Below, piece after piece: positions 36,491-49,730 of a stretch of DNA of 64,000 nucleotides (within the stretch, counting starts at the first letter, position 1; each line of letters begins with the position of its first letter). The notes beneath the pieces were generated by a model. The model was not told the origin of the DNA. It saw only the letters and a program-made list of their open reading frames with translations, and made no database searches. The translations under genes and the position numbers were made by a program. Source of the stretch: Camelus dromedarius (taxonomy: Eukaryota); NCBI RefSeq assembly GCF_036321535.1, contig NC_087464.1, positions 23,188,001-23,252,000 on the forward strand, given 5' to 3'.

Positions 36491-37546
36491 CTGTAATGAT
36501 AGGTCACAGTGAATAAGAGTTAACACTTTGGTACATTTTAGATAATTAGCACAAGTAGTCATTTGGTTCTCTTCCCCTCTTGGTAATAGTTTAGGATTTT
36601 TGTTATTCTTATTCTCAGTTATGATTTTTCTTGCCCTGAATAAGTGTCCAGTCTAAGTAAGCTAGAACTTGTTTTTTTCTAATTTGAAGATGGCACATTT
36701 AACATGAGTTAAGTAGCATTAATGATAACTAGGCTAATAGACTAGTAGATAGATAATTTTAATTGTAGGCACTTTATCTCAGACCAGGAGTTCAGTCTCT
36801 ATGACTATATTCTAGCATTATAGTCACTGGTGTCCTTTGTTTAAATATTTTAAAATAAAAGCAGGAAACTTAAATGCTTTATACTTCCCTGCAGGAATGG
36901 AATGACTCCATTTTGCTGCAACAAGGAAATTCTTGTTGGATAATCTTGAGTAGAAGTAATGAAAAGAACAGCAATTCTGCATTCCTATTAAAAGAATCTT
37001 AAATTTTATGGTGTGTCATTTTGTGCAGAGCTGAAAGTAATCATGCCCAGTCATTTTCTGGTTTAATGTTTATTACCGTGCACTAATGGTTCTCTATATC
37101 TCCTTAGTGTCCTCATTTGGGCTTCATTAACTCTCCTTAAGCATTTCTTTGGTCATTTTTAGATTATTTTCCAATTAAATCTACTTGAAAGCAACCAAAG
37201 TACATACATTGTACCAAGAGTTAAAGATATGAGTTGAAAATGACCCTCTTAATTGAAAAGAAGCCAGCTAATTATGAAAATAGTGTTTAAGAAAACTTTT
37301 GGGTTTTTTCCCCCTTCAATCTGCATGCTACTGCATAATTCTTTTAATTAATTCACTGTGGAAGATCCACTATGATCTTATCATCTAGAATTTGTGAAAG
37401 GTAGATTCTCCCATTTTAGAGATAAGAGAATAGAGGCCCAAACAGACAAGATCACATGTCTATGGTTCAATAAAAATATAGATAACTAAATTATAGTTTA
37501 AGTGAGGATATTCCAGGTTGATATGAATACTCTTTTTAATTTACAG

Positions 37547-37668
37547 GGATGAACACGCTCGTTGGCTATGATCTGGTTCCAGAACCCAAAATCATTGATG
37601 CTGCTTTGCGGGCATGCAGACGCTTAAATGATTTTGCTAGTGCAGTTCGCATCCTAGAGGTTGTTAAG
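37547..37668 (+). CDS. COX5A: COX5A exon 3
   Basis: cag|GG ATG AAC... = [40 protein letters not shown]; 122 nt; donor GTCAGT. Confidence 0.99.
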
Positions 37669-38860
37669 GTCAGTGAAATAATAATGCTAGTGTTGTTCTG
37701 GAAGTAGCTGGGCTATTGATTAGGTATTAGCCTATTCTGTTATTTTGAATTTCTTAAAATACCTAAAATTAGTTCTTATATAGCTAGAAGGAATGTACAT
37801 TGCAGTTACAGTCTTTGGAGGATGGTTTGGTTGAATTTATTAAGGGACTTAAAAATTGTGCTTAATACCCATTTGTTCAGCAGTTCCATTTGAGAATTTA
37901 TCTTAAGGAAATAATTAAGAACATAAAGGTTTAACTACAATTTATCTTAGTGCTATTTGTGATAGAAAATTAAAAGTTCCTAGTGGTTTCTTAAGATGGG
38001 ACTTCCCTGAAGAGGTTGTTACACATCTGTTAACGTAGAAATGTGTTTAATGTGAAACATATTCATAGTATAATAACTGAAGAAAATGATGAAATAATTT
38101 TTGTGGTATGACCCCATTTTATTAAAAAGTATAGAGAGAGTGATAAAAATGTAGGAGGGTATATGTTTATTCTCCTCCCTTTTATTTGATTATAGTTTCT
38201 GATTTTTCTATAATGAACAAATTAATGCACTGAATTTTAAACAAGGATTTTTTAATTTAAAAAATACAATTAAGGAGACCTAGAATTCATTAAAGACAGA
38301 AGAATACCACCTTGGCACTGTCTTAGTCCATTTGACTTTTTAATATTTGTCCCTGAGGAACTTTGAGACAATATACATGTGATTATATGTTACGGTGAGT
38401 ATTCATCAAAACTCTTGTCTTAGAAATAAGTATTACCTACATGTATCTCTCTCTGAGAAGACATTATGGTCTATAAGAAAGAAATTCAAGGTCTGTAAGA
38501 GGGAAAGCGTGATGCTCCTTTATCTAAAATGAGTAAGTTAATTAAGGGTTCTGTAGGCTGTCAATCCATTCAGCGCCAGTAGTTAATTCAGTTAGGGTCT
38601 CAAATTGAGGCAAATTTAAAAACTTTATCCTTTGTTAACTTAATTATTCCTGTTGCCTGCTAGGCATATTTAATTGCCTTCGCAAAATTCTGTCATCACT
38701 GCCTTCTTTTCCAGTAACTCAAGGCCTTAAAATGTTTTTACCCTCTGGATTTAGTCTAATTGTCTTGGTCTCAAGGTGTTTTAAAAACCTACCTTGAATG
38801 GTGCCTACATAAGTTGCTCTCTTTTTTGAACAGTATGTTAGATTAAAAGTAGGTGGCTTT

Positions 38861-38988
38861 TGGGGGGAGCATATAGCTCAAGTGATAGAGCTCATGCTTA
38901 GCATGCTGGAGGTCCTGGGTTCAATCCCCAGTACCTCTTCAAAATATAAATAAGTGAATAAATCGAATTACCTCCCCCTCATAAAAAT
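38861..38988 (+). mobile_element. tRNA-Ala-derived SINE, copy 5 (COX5A intron 3)
   Basis: tatagctcaagtgatagagctcatgcttagcatgctggaggtcctgggttcaatccccagtacctc; 16-bp imperfect TSD at 38845-38860 and 38989-39004. Confidence 0.88.
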
Positions 38989-39068
38989 AAAAGTGGATGA
39001 CTTTTTTTTCCTCTGCCACTAGCCTCTACATATGATTAAAAGTATTTTCAAGTTCATTTTGTTAATAG

Positions 39069-39230
<162 letters not shown>

Positions 39231-40254
39231 AGCCCGTGGGTAAGCTACCTACCTGAATAAGGCTGGAAAGAATCCAGGGAGGGGTGAGTTGAGTGACATC
39301 TGCGTATTCTCAGAGTAAGATCTTTTCATGGCCTCGTTAGAGCCTGTGAGCATAAAGATTTAGAGAGTAGTGATGATTAATTTAAAGTGTTAGAATTGTT
39401 ATTTGTAGTCAGTAAAATTGTTCTCTTAGTGGTGTAAAAACCTCCTTTAGAATCTATGTAATATATTTCAAGCATAGAAAATAAATGTCACTACGCCCAG
39501 ATTTTCAGATTTTATTTTTGCCATGTTTGCTTTAGTTTTATTTTCCCCACCCAAAAAATGACTGGTTTCATGTAGAGTTGAAGCCCTCTCTGTACTGTTC
39601 CTTAATTCCAGCCCTTTAACCTCTCCCTAACTAAAGGCAGTCTACCGCTTACAAGGTGTTCATCCTGCATGCTTTTATACATGTTTATTTTTAATAGCAG
39701 GGTTTTATTAATTTGGTGCTTTTGTTTTTATGTGTCCAAGTTGGAATTTAATAATTAAGTAAATATTCATTGATAATAAAAACTATTTGATATTTTGTTC
39801 TCTATGGAAAGACAGTGGGTAATAAAATCAGCCACATGATTGCCTGGGTGGTGAGCAGTATGCAGAAAATCCTTTGTAAAACAGACAATATATAAGCAAT
39901 AACTCATTTATTTTATTTAACAAACATTAACTCATTTAATCCTTATATACAGTCCTGTGAGGTGGTTATTATTATTATTATTAGAATTATTCCCATTTTA
40001 CTATTTTACTGATGAGGAAACTGAGACACCTTATCCAAGGTCATACGACTAGTAGAGGAACCAACATTTAAACCCAGGCAGTCTGGCTCCAGAGCCCATT
40101 GCTCTTACTATGCCATTCATCCTGTGTAGGCATTGTGGCACTGAGGCATTTACTAGAACCATACTCTTATTTCCCAGAGGTAAATAATGAGGCTTAAATA
40201 GAACATTAACTTTCTAAGAGTAAGAGGAAGTTTATTTTTAGAAGGTGGAACTTA

Positions 40255-40424
40255 GCGGGGGAGGGTGTAGCTCAGTGGCAGAGTGCGTGCTTAGCATGCA
40301 CAAAGGTCCTGGGTTCAATCCCAGTACCTCCATGTAAGTAAGTAGGTAAACAAACAAATAAATAAATAAACCTAATTACCACCACCACCACCACCCCCAG
40401 TAAAAGAAAGAAAAAAAACCCTAA
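40255..40424 (+). mobile_element. tRNA-Ala-derived SINE, copy 6 (COX5A intron 4)
   Basis: Head close to tRNA-Ala(AGC); perfect 13-bp TSD aaggtggaactta at 40242-40254 and 40425-40437. Confidence 0.92.
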
Positions 40425-40474
40425 AAGGTGGAACTTACAAAGAATTCAGTAAAAGATTTCAGTAAAAGTGGACC

Positions 40475-40633
40475 TAGGGGGAAGGGTATAGCTCAAGTGG
40501 TAGAGCACATGCTTAGCATGCAGGAGGTCCTGGGTTCAATTCCCAGTACCTCCTCAATAAATAAATAAATAAAAACAAACAAACAAACAAACAAACAAAC
40601 CTAATTCCCACCCCTGCCCCCCCACCAAAAGAA
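40475..40633 (+). mobile_element. tRNA-Ala-derived SINE, copy 7 (COX5A intron 4)
   Basis: (TAAA)/(CAAA) tail; TSD aaaagtggacc at 40464-40474 and 40634-40644. Confidence 0.92.
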
Positions 40634-41281
40634 AAAAGTGGACCCAAAATTATTTAAGAAGCTAATATCACATCCCTCACAGGATAGAGAACCAATAAGC
40701 CCGGTTAGGACATCATTAGTGAATACCTAGTCAAACACTTATTTAAAAATCTTAGAACTCAAAGAATCCTTACATTCAGTCTTCCTACCAACAAAATGAG
40801 CAGAAAATGCCTGAGGTTTTGTTACCCACTTTGAGATCTTTTTTTGCAGCTTGCTTTGGAGCAGAAGTCTGAATTTTATCTTTGTCCACCCCCATACCAC
40901 CACCACCACCTCCTCCTCCCTGAAGTGAGATACCTCATCTTTGTAATGCATGGAGAGGCTTCCATTTATCAAGTATTACTCCAAGGAGTCCAGAAGATCT
41001 TTGTTATATAGGATGTATTCTAGCTACAGTAACACTATGTTTCTTTTACTTAAATTTTTTTAAAACAGCAACTCCCCAACACTTTTCTGATTGTAAAAGA
41101 CCACTCCAGTAAGTACCAGGTATATAACGGCAAAAGAGCCAGCTAGACCCTGGTGAGTTGACTGTAGGCAGGATTAAGTAAGAGTACACAAAGTGATTTC
41201 CTTGGGCTGTTGCTGCAAAGGTTATTTTTAGTAACCTTTAAAAAATTTTTCTTAGCTAATTCTTCATGTTTTCTCTTACAG

Positions 41282-41447
41282 GTGGGCTTTCCAAGGATTT
41301 ATTGATAATGCTACTTGATTGTAAACAATCACCTGGAAATACTGATGATAACATATTACCTTATTTGAACAAGTTTTCCTTTGTTGAGTACCAAACTGTG
41401 TAATGGTAACTTGGACTTTAATAAAAGGGAAATGAGTTTGAACTGAA
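41282..41447 (+). other. COX5A: COX5A exon 5 (3'UTR only) with AATAAA at 41420-41425
   Basis: Polypyrimidine tract and cag|GTGGGCTTTCCAAGGATTTATTG, resembling the mammalian COX5A terminal UTR exon. The 3' end is approximate. Confidence 0.88.
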
Positions 41448-43248
41448 ATTAGGTATTGTTTCTATATGTTTGCATTGAAAAACAAAAAAAACTCAACGTC
41501 TAGGATTTACAAGGGCAGAACTATGTTGATGTTCATCCCTGGGGGAAGCAACATGAAGAGAATCTGGAGGAAAAACAGAGCAGTGCTGACTGGGACGCTA
41601 CACTACATGGAAGGAGAGGGAAGGAGCGGGCCCAGAGAGGGATCAAACCTGAGAACCATGGCCTACTAACTACACAGTAAATAAACGTATGTGGCTATTT
41701 TAGTTTATTTCACATTACTACTTCATTTAAAAAAAGGGAAAGAGGGCTTTTTTGGTAGAGAATCAACCTTTTATAAAAGGTCATCTGTATTAAACCTTAC
41801 CAAAACTGATTTTACTAACATTTTTTCTTACATGGCTTTAGGAGAGAAGACATCTAAATTTCAACCTAATTCCCCTGATGCTGCAGTTTAAACTGGCTAT
41901 ATTAGAAGTCACTCAGACCTACAACTTCTTTATCCATTAGTTGGTTTCCAGTTTTATGGGGCTTTTAAAGTAAGACAGGATTTGTGTATTTTATTTTCTC
42001 AAGAAGTAAACCCATTTACTCAATTCTTTAACCAGAAAGCCTCCAAATCAACCACAGCAAATTCTTTGATGTCCAAGGCTAATACTGCTAGGAAAGAACA
42101 GGTAGAGAAGAAAAGAGGCACTAAGGGTCTGGCTGCTACATAGCACATCCTCAAGACTATCTCAATGACCACTTTAAAATTATTTCACTCGTTTTGGGAA
42201 GGTACACAATTTGTTCTATCCCCAGAGACGATCAAGAAAATCTTATATAAATAACTTTTAATTTTTAGCTAATTTTCCAGCCAGTGCACCCAAATATTTT
42301 TATATACCTTGCTTTTGTGTCATGTGGTTTCCAGAGAACCAGAGCAGTTCCCTCAGTACATCAAATGGCAACAAAACCGTGAAACCAAAAACCTTCCTCA
42401 TTCACCCCAACTCCAAATATTTTGAACCAAATTTCAAGTATCATGTCATTTCATCTATAAATAAGTATTTTGGAATATCTCAAAGTATATCTATTTTTAA
42501 GCATAACCACAATAAAGACTTTTTTTTTTTAAGGAAGTTTGGGTAGTGACCTCATTTTCTTAAAATAAAAATATCTTTACTAGTTTTCATTATAAAGATA
42601 ATACATGCTCATAAAGCAATACAGAAAAATACAAGAATAAAATACACCTGAAATTTTACCACCCAGTTATAACTATGACTTGCATTTTGGTGATCATTTT
42701 CCCAGATGTTTCTCTATTGTACATGTGTTGCAAGCTGTTTCACAGACCCATTTTTCTCTCCTTTGTGGTGCTGGAGAAAATAGGTACATCTTTTAGTTCA
42801 ATGGATTCTATCTGTGTATAAGTAGACCATAAATATTGTTCCCAATTTAAAGAGGATTCTTCCACAGCTTGATGATGGTAGGGTTTCTACCCTAACAGAA
42901 TGGGGTCTCTGGCTTTTTCTTTCTCTTTATTTTGAAAAGTTTCAAACCAATGAATGGTTTGTTGCATTTGTTTTGTACCTAATATACACACTTTTTCCTC
43001 AACCATTTGAAAGTGAGTTGCAGACATGACACTTTACCCTAAATACTTAAGCAGACATCTAAGAAAGCGGAATTTCTCTTCCTATATAACCACAGTACCA
43101 TTAGTATGCTTCAAGAAGTTTGGCATAAAATATATACAATTCATTTTTCTGAAGAGTCCAGGCCAGTGGTGTAAAATGCCCTGCAATCTGCAGCTTCCTT
43201 ACTGTTTCCTCACTGTTAAAATCTAGTTAAACATTTTTGACAAGCATA

Positions 43249-43845
43249 CAGTAGCCCCCCCAATCCTTTATCTGCAGTTTTATTTTGTGCAGTTTCAGTT
43301 ACCCATGGTCAACCACAGCCTGAAAATATTAAATGGAAAATTCCAGAAATAAGTGGTTATTTCATAAGAGTGTTGTTCTGAATAGTGTGATGAAATCTCT
43401 CGCCTTCCCTCTCTAGTCCATCCATCCCATTAGTCACTTAGTCGCTGTCTTGGTTATCAGATTGACTGTCATGGTATCACAGTACTGTGTTCAAGTAATT
43501 TTACTTAATAAAGTCCCCAAAGTGCAAGAGTAGTGATGCTGGCAATTTGGATAAGCCGAAGAGAAGCTGTAAAGGCTTCCTCTAAGTGAAAAGGTGGATG
43601 TTCTTGATTTAACAGTCCCAAGCTTGAGGGGAGGGTATAGCTCAAGTGGTATAGCACATGCTTAGCATGCATGAGGTCCTGGATTCAATCCCCAGTACCT
43701 CCTCTAAAAATAAGTAAATAAAACTAATTGCCCACTGCCAACAACAAAAAGTCCTAGGCTGAGTTTGTTAAGATCTTCACTAAGAATGAATCTTCTATCC
43801 ATGATATCGTAAAGAAAGAAACAAGTTTGTGATAGTTTTGCTGTT
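43249..43845 (+). mobile_element. Tigger7/MER44-family DNA transposon 5' part
   Basis: TA|cagtagcccccc...cagttacccatggtcaaccacagcctgaaaatattaaatggaaaattccagaaataa, then decayed transposase start. Interrupted by SINE copy 8 and truncated by L1. Confidence 0.8.
43628..43746 (+). mobile_element. tRNA-Ala-derived SINE, copy 8
   Basis: ggggagggtatagctcaagtggtatagcacatgcttagcatgcatgaggtcctggattcaatccccagtacctcc. Confidence 0.9.
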
Positions 43846-44243
43846 GGTAGGAATGTATTTTGGTGCAGCCATTATGGAAAACAGTATGGAGATTCCTCAA
43901 AAGACTAAAAATAGACTTACCATATGATCCAGCAATCCCATTTCTGGGTACATATCTGGATGGAACTCTAATTTGAAAAGATACATGCACTCCAATGTTC
44001 ATAGTAGCACTATATCCAATAGCCAAGACATGGAAGCAATGAAAATGTCCATCAACAGACAACTGGATAAAGAATNNNNNNNNNNNNNNNNNNNNNNNNN
44101 NNNNNNNNNNNNNNNNNNNNNNNNNNNNNNNNNNNNNNNNNNNNNNNNNNNNNNNNNNNNNNNNNNNNNNNNNNNNNNNNNNNNNNNNNNNNNNNNNNNN
44201 NNNNNNNNNNNNNNNNNNCTTATACGTGGAATCAAAGAAAAAG
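43841..44243 (+). mobile_element. L1 segment: ORF2 C-terminus and start of 3'UTR
   Basis: ggtgcagccattatggaaaacagtatggagattcctcaaa...catatgatccagcaatccca...cttatacgtggaatc. Contains N-run 44076-44218. Confidence 0.85.
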
Positions 44244-45550
44244 GACATATTATATATAGAAAACCCTAAAGATCCCACCAAGAAACTGTTAGAACTAATA
44301 AATTCTGTAAAGTAGCAGGGTACAAAATCAATACACAAAAATCTATTGCATTTCTATCCACTTACAAACTATCAAAAAGAGAAATTAAGAAAACAGTCCC
44401 ACTTACAATTGCATCAACGAGAATAAAATACCTAGGAATAAATTTAAACCAAGGAGGTGAAAGAGCTATACACTCAAGACTATGACATNNNNNNNNNNNN
44501 NNNNNNNNNNNNNNNNNNNNNNNNNNNNNNNNNNNNNNNNNNNNNNNNNNNNNNNNNNNNNNNNNNNNNNNNNNNNNNNNNNNNNNNNNNNNNNNNNNNN
44601 NNNNNNNNNNNNNNNNNNNNNNNNNNNNTCACAGAAGTAGAATAAACAATCCTAAAATTTGTGTGGGACCACGAAAAACCCTAAATAGCCAAAGCAATCT
44701 TGAGAAACAAGAACAAAGCTGGAGGCATCATGTGCCCTGATTTCAAACTGTATTACAAAGCTATAGTAATTAAAAACTGTGGCATTGGCAAACAATGACA
44801 AAAACAAAAACCAGACACACAGATCAATGGAATAGAGTAGAGCCCAGAAATAAACCCACAGATATATGGTCAATTAATTTACAACAGAGGAGGCAAGAAC
44901 ATACAATGTGGAAAGGATAGTCTCTTCAGTAAATGGTGTTGAGAAAACTGGACAGCCACACCCAAAAGAATAAACTAGATTATCTTTCCACTATACACAA
45001 AAAAAATTATTCAAAATGGATCAAAGACCTGAAACCATAAAACTAGAAGAAAGGATAGGTGGTAAGCTCCTTGAAATATGTCTTGGTGATGATTTTTTGG
45101 ATTTGATACCAAAAGCAAAGTCAACAAAAGCAAATTCAAACAAGTGGGACTACATCAAACTAAAAAGCTTCTGGAAACCAATGGAAACCAACAAAATTAA
45201 AGGCAACTTACTGAATGGGAGAAGATAGTTGCAAATCCTATATCTGATAAGGTGTTAACATCCAAACCATGAAAACNNNNNNNNNNNNNNNNNNNNNNNN
45301 NNNNNNNNNNNNNNNNNNNNNNNNNNNNNNNNNNNNNNNNNNNNNNNNNNNNNNNNNNNNNNNNNNNNNNNNNNNNNNNNNNNNNNNNNNNNNNNNNNNN
45401 NNNNNNNNNNNNNNNNNNNNNNNNNNNNNNNNNNNNNNNNNNNNNNNNNNNNNNNNNNNNNNCAGCTATCAGAATGGCTATTATCAAAAACATCAGATAA
45501 CAAATATCAGTAAGGATCAGAAACAAACATTGTACTTCAATTTAAAAAAA
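44244..45550 (+). mobile_element. L1 ORF2 (RT to near C-terminus) fragment joined to the L1 3' tip
   Basis: Decayed ORF2 (…YIENPKDPTKKL…, ggaggcatcatgtgccctgatttcaaactgtattacaaagct, tgggactacatcaaactaaaaagcttctg), ending tgtacttcaatttaaaaaaa. Two N-runs. Confidence 0.85.
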
Positions 45551-48041
45551 TTCACCACTGTCCCGTATTCTTTTCTATGCCTAATCCCAGATACTTGCCT
45601 AGCTGAAGGAATTCAGCTCTAGTGGACAGCAGAACCAGAATTCTCTATTGATGAAGATTCATCTGTCCCAGGACCAAGAAAATTTAGGGAATGGGTGGGA
45701 TTTCCATGAGCTGGAGCCAAGGATAAAGAATGTGATTGCCCCACAGGGGCAGCAGTGCCTGAAAGCCAGGGTGAGAATCTGCTCTTAACAGCCAAGAATC
45801 TTCCCCCTACCCCCAACAACAAAGAATAAAAGAAACAAGGCTGATAATCAGAGACTAGGAGGTAAATTATTTGTCCTGTTCATCATTAGATGTGCAGGGC
45901 CTAGCATAGCACCTGCCGCATGTTAGATGAATAAAGCTTTGCTGAATGGAGAAGATAAGGATCCCCAGGGCCAGCAGAGGAACCAGCAGAGATATTCTAG
46001 GTTAGAGTCTGAGTAGCAGGGGTAAGGACGAGAGGATTTGTGCCCTGTGTGCTGTGGCAGTTCTTGCCCTGAAGACTCATCCTCTTACAATCTAGCTTTT
46101 ATTCTTTGTTGTTTGTTTTGGGCAGTGGGAAGTAACTTATTTTTCTCAAATTCCTAGTGAATATAATTTCTTAAGTGGAAAACAGAACTACCCACACCAA
46201 GGCCAAAATATTGGGCAATCATAGTTTCTTCATAATAAAATGAATTTGGACTATATAATCTCTAAAATCTCTTCTAGCCCCAAAGTCCTTGATTCTAAAT
46301 TAATTAAAAGTTAAGAGGGGAAACAGGACATTCATTTAACAAATATGTATTACTATGACTTTGTGACTTTGTGTAAAAACAAGGGCTACAAAATAAATAA
46401 GGCAATCTGTCCTTGGGAAATATAAAACCAAGCGAAAGAATAAACACTAAGTCCTCAGAATACTGTGTAAGCTTCATAATTTTACACTTCTTGAGCACTT
46501 ACTGTATGCCAGGCACCATTCCAAGCACTTTGCAATTTAACCTCACAATTCTACTGAATAGGTACTATTATTATCCCCGTTCCTCAGCTAAAGAAACTGA
46601 GACATAATTAAATAATTTGCCAGTAAGTGGCAGAGCACATAATCTGGATTCAGGGTCCATACTCAATCGCATAGCAATTAGCTGAGCACTGATGAGAGAC
46701 CCAGGAGTATCATGGATGAGGGTACTCAAGACTCTTGGTACAAGTTCCTAGAGATTTTTGTGACATCAAGTGGGTTGTGGTCACACTTTCTTTGGCCCTT
46801 GGTGAGGTCTCTATCAGTTTAACAGGCAGCATAGCTATGATGAAAACCATCTCTTCCAAGTCCACAGGGAGCTGGGTTCAGATTCCAGGTTTACCACTTA
46901 ACTAGTGAATTTGACCATATCTAAGCCTCTTTGCTTAACGGGAGTAACAGTGCTTCCTTGGGAGGTCAGGAGAATTAAATACTAAGTTGAGTCATAAGAA
47001 ACTGCTGTTTCTGGAGGTTAAAGGCAGCAGTGAAATCTACCAAAACAGTTAGCTTTCTTTTGTGCTTCTGATTTTTCAAAAACTCTAGTCCTAAATTCTT
47101 TTCTCCTGTCCTGCCTAAGGCATACGCCAGCTCAACTGTTTGGGTGGCCCTGGGGCTCGGAAGTTACACAGTTGACCTACCCTGTGGAAGCTAATAAATT
47201 AGCCTTGGGACAGCCTCATGAGATTTGGCGATTACTACAAGGATCTGGAGCTACTTTCCAGCCAGCCACAAGAACATCCCCTGGGGCCAGAGAGGTCACA
47301 AGCCATGACAGCTCCGTGCCCTGACATACACAAACTCAGTGCACTTTCACCCTTCTTTCCAAGCCCTATTTTGCCCTTGTTTGTCACTGTGAGACGGGTA
47401 ATGACGTTGGTTCCATTTTAAAATGTGGAAACTGAGGCCTAGAAAGGATCAGGCCTCATCCAAGTTCTCTGGGCACCGCATGCTGCTGGAAATAACGTGG
47501 GCTTGGCGTTACATCTATCAGCCAACGCACTGCCTCGAGATGTGTGACCTCCGCAAGGTCCTTGAACCTTTCTCTGGGGCCTGTTTCCTTTTCTGGGGAA
47601 GGGCGCCAATACCTCCCCTTCTCTACCGCTCTTTTCGGTTCAGTGCAGGCTCTCCCCCGTCCGCCCTTGAGGAGGTCTGGCCGTGGCAAGAGGACCCACG
47701 CGGAGACACTGCGGAGAGGGAGCGCGCGCCAGGGACACATCCGCGCCCTCCGGAGATAGCGATAATTAACTTCGACTAGAAACAGAACTTGGCTTGCCAT
47801 ACCTAGGATCAGTCCGACTACGACGACCGCAGTGCGCCAGAAAGGAGCGACAAAAGCAACCCAGCCCCCGAAAGGGCGAGCCTTTGAACCGACCCCACAG
47901 TAGGCGGGGCCGGAAAGCTAGGGCGGGTACGCCCGCGCCTGCGCGCCGCCATCAGGCTCGAGGAGGGACCGCCTCCTTTCCGGCCGGCGGAGGGTTAGCC
48001 AGGAGGCGGGGCTCCGCGCGCGGTTGGGGCGTGGCCAGGCC

Positions 48042-48240
48042 ATGGCTACCGCGGGGCCCAGTGGGCACGCGGCGCGGCCGTCTATGCCGGGTTCCCGGCC
48101 CGGCGGAGCCCAGGCTGCGGGGCCGCCTCGCGGGCGAAGCGATATTGGAGTCCCCCGACTCGGGGACCGGACCCCGGCGGCTGTGGAGAAGCGGGGGCCG
48201 TACATGGTGATGCGCGCGCCTTCCATTCAGGCCAAGCTGC
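48042..48240 (+). CDS. FAM219B: FAM219B coding exon 1
   Basis: gccATGG; MATAGPSG...RTPAAVEKRGPYMVMRAPSIQAKL; donor C|GTGAGT. Confidence 0.96.
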
Positions 48241-48448
48241 GTGAGTGCGGCCCGATGGGGGGGCTTCTGCCTGGGCGGGCTGCCGCGTCCCCCGGGCGGG
48301 TTCTGGAGCCCCGCCGGGGCGACCCCGGAGGGGCACCTGCGTCCCGCTGCCGCCCCCGAAAATCTGTTCGGAAAGAGGGGGCTGCTGGTGTTTAGGAGAC
48401 ACGGCGGAGGAGGGAAGACCCCGCTGACCCGGGCCCTTTGCCTTGCAG

Positions 48449-48536
48449 AGAAGCACCGGAACCTGGCCAAGGCCGTTCTGCGGAGAAAAGGCATGCTGGG
48501 GGCCGCGCCGAACCGCCCCGACTCTTCAGCCAAAAG
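48449..48536 (+). CDS. FAM219B: FAM219B exon 2
   Basis: QKHRNLAKAVLRRKGMLGAAPNRPDSSAKR; 88 nt; weak donor AG|GTCTCA. Confidence 0.93.
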
Positions 48537-49222
48537 GTCTCAGCAGGCGCCACCTCCTCTCTGCACGCGTTTCCAGAGAAGGCCTTAGTCCTCAGGATGG
48601 CAGACAAGAGTACTTACGTTTAAGGCGGAGCTAGTGATTCCCCTGACGCCAACCTGTCAGGTTCACTGTTTTAAAATGGGAAAAGGAAGTGATGATGTCA
48701 GAGAAAGGGCTTTGCAGTAGTAGTTTTATCAGTATAGGATCATCCCCTGTGTAAGCTAGGGAGGAGCATAGTGGCTGGGGTCCCCAGGAGTGAGGATGGA
48801 GAGCAGTGTGGGAACAGTCAGGACTGTATTTTTTTTTTTAACAGAATGGTAAACTCTGAGGGCTGCATGGAACCTTATCCAGGGCCTCTTTTACAAATAA
48901 GAGCTAAAACAGGTGAAGGAATTTACCCAAGGACTTTCCGTTTTTCTGTTCTTTGGTTAAATAACGTGGGAAGGTGGGGCTTCTCCTGATTCATTAAAGA
49001 GGACGCTTGCTTTTCCCCAGGAGCAGCAGTGGGAGTGGTATGGGAGAAGTGCATATTCTGAGGAGCTGTAGCCAGATACAAGGGAGGCAGTGGGGGCTGT
49101 GTGACCAGGTAGAAGGCAAGTCAGTAGTGCAGTTAGTTCTTTTTCCATAGGAGCCAGGACTCTGGCTTTCCCTGTGAAATGCTGGCCCTTCATCTATGCT
49201 TGGTCTCTCCCCCATCTCTCAG

Positions 49223-49300
49223 GTCAGTGAAGTTTAACAAGGGGTATACTGCTCTTAGTCAGAGTCCAGATGAAAACCTGGTGTCTCTTGACTCTGACAG
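49223..49300 (+). CDS. FAM219B: FAM219B exon 3
   Basis: SVKFNKGYTALSQSPDENLVSLDSD; 78 nt; donor GTGAGT. Confidence 0.97.
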
Positions 49301-49730
49301 GTGAGTATTCTCCTTGGAAATACCCCTTGGGGAGTGACTTGGGTAAAACTGCGTATCACTTGCTTCGCTTATTGCCTGACTCTTCCAAGACCTTTTGTGC
49401 ATGTTCCAGGGCTGCTGCTTCAGAGCACTATCCCTTCCCAGGATGACTTGCTTAGAGGACTCATAAGCTGCTCTTGGATTTGAAGCACCAACCTTGTCTG
49501 GGGAAATCATCCTGCCTATTATGTCTGCACTGTTAGTGACAGTGACCCTGCTCCTGCTGAAGCCAATGGAAGGAGCCATTTATACTCCTGGCAGATTCTG
49601 GGCTTGAGTTCTATGGTGTGTGGTCTTTGCTTCACAAGTCCCCCAGGCCCCACTGCGTGCTCTGCACCCTGCATTTGTAGCTGTGCTTCACAGGCATCTC
49701 CCTGAACTGACTGTCTTTTTCTTCTCCTAG

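Larger units (their letters stand above)
47600..48600 (+). promoter_or_regulatory. FAM219B: FAM219B CpG-island promoter
   Basis: GC boxes, NRF1 motif GCGCCTGCGC at 47935-47944, ETS-like CCGGAAA, and TCF-like CCTTTGAA at 47881. Confidence 0.8.

Noticed and set aside
48024-48395. N-terminally extended or read-through FAM219B ORF
   Set aside because: It starts at TTG and runs past the GTGAGT donor into intron 1. The ATG at 48042 has a strong Kozak context.
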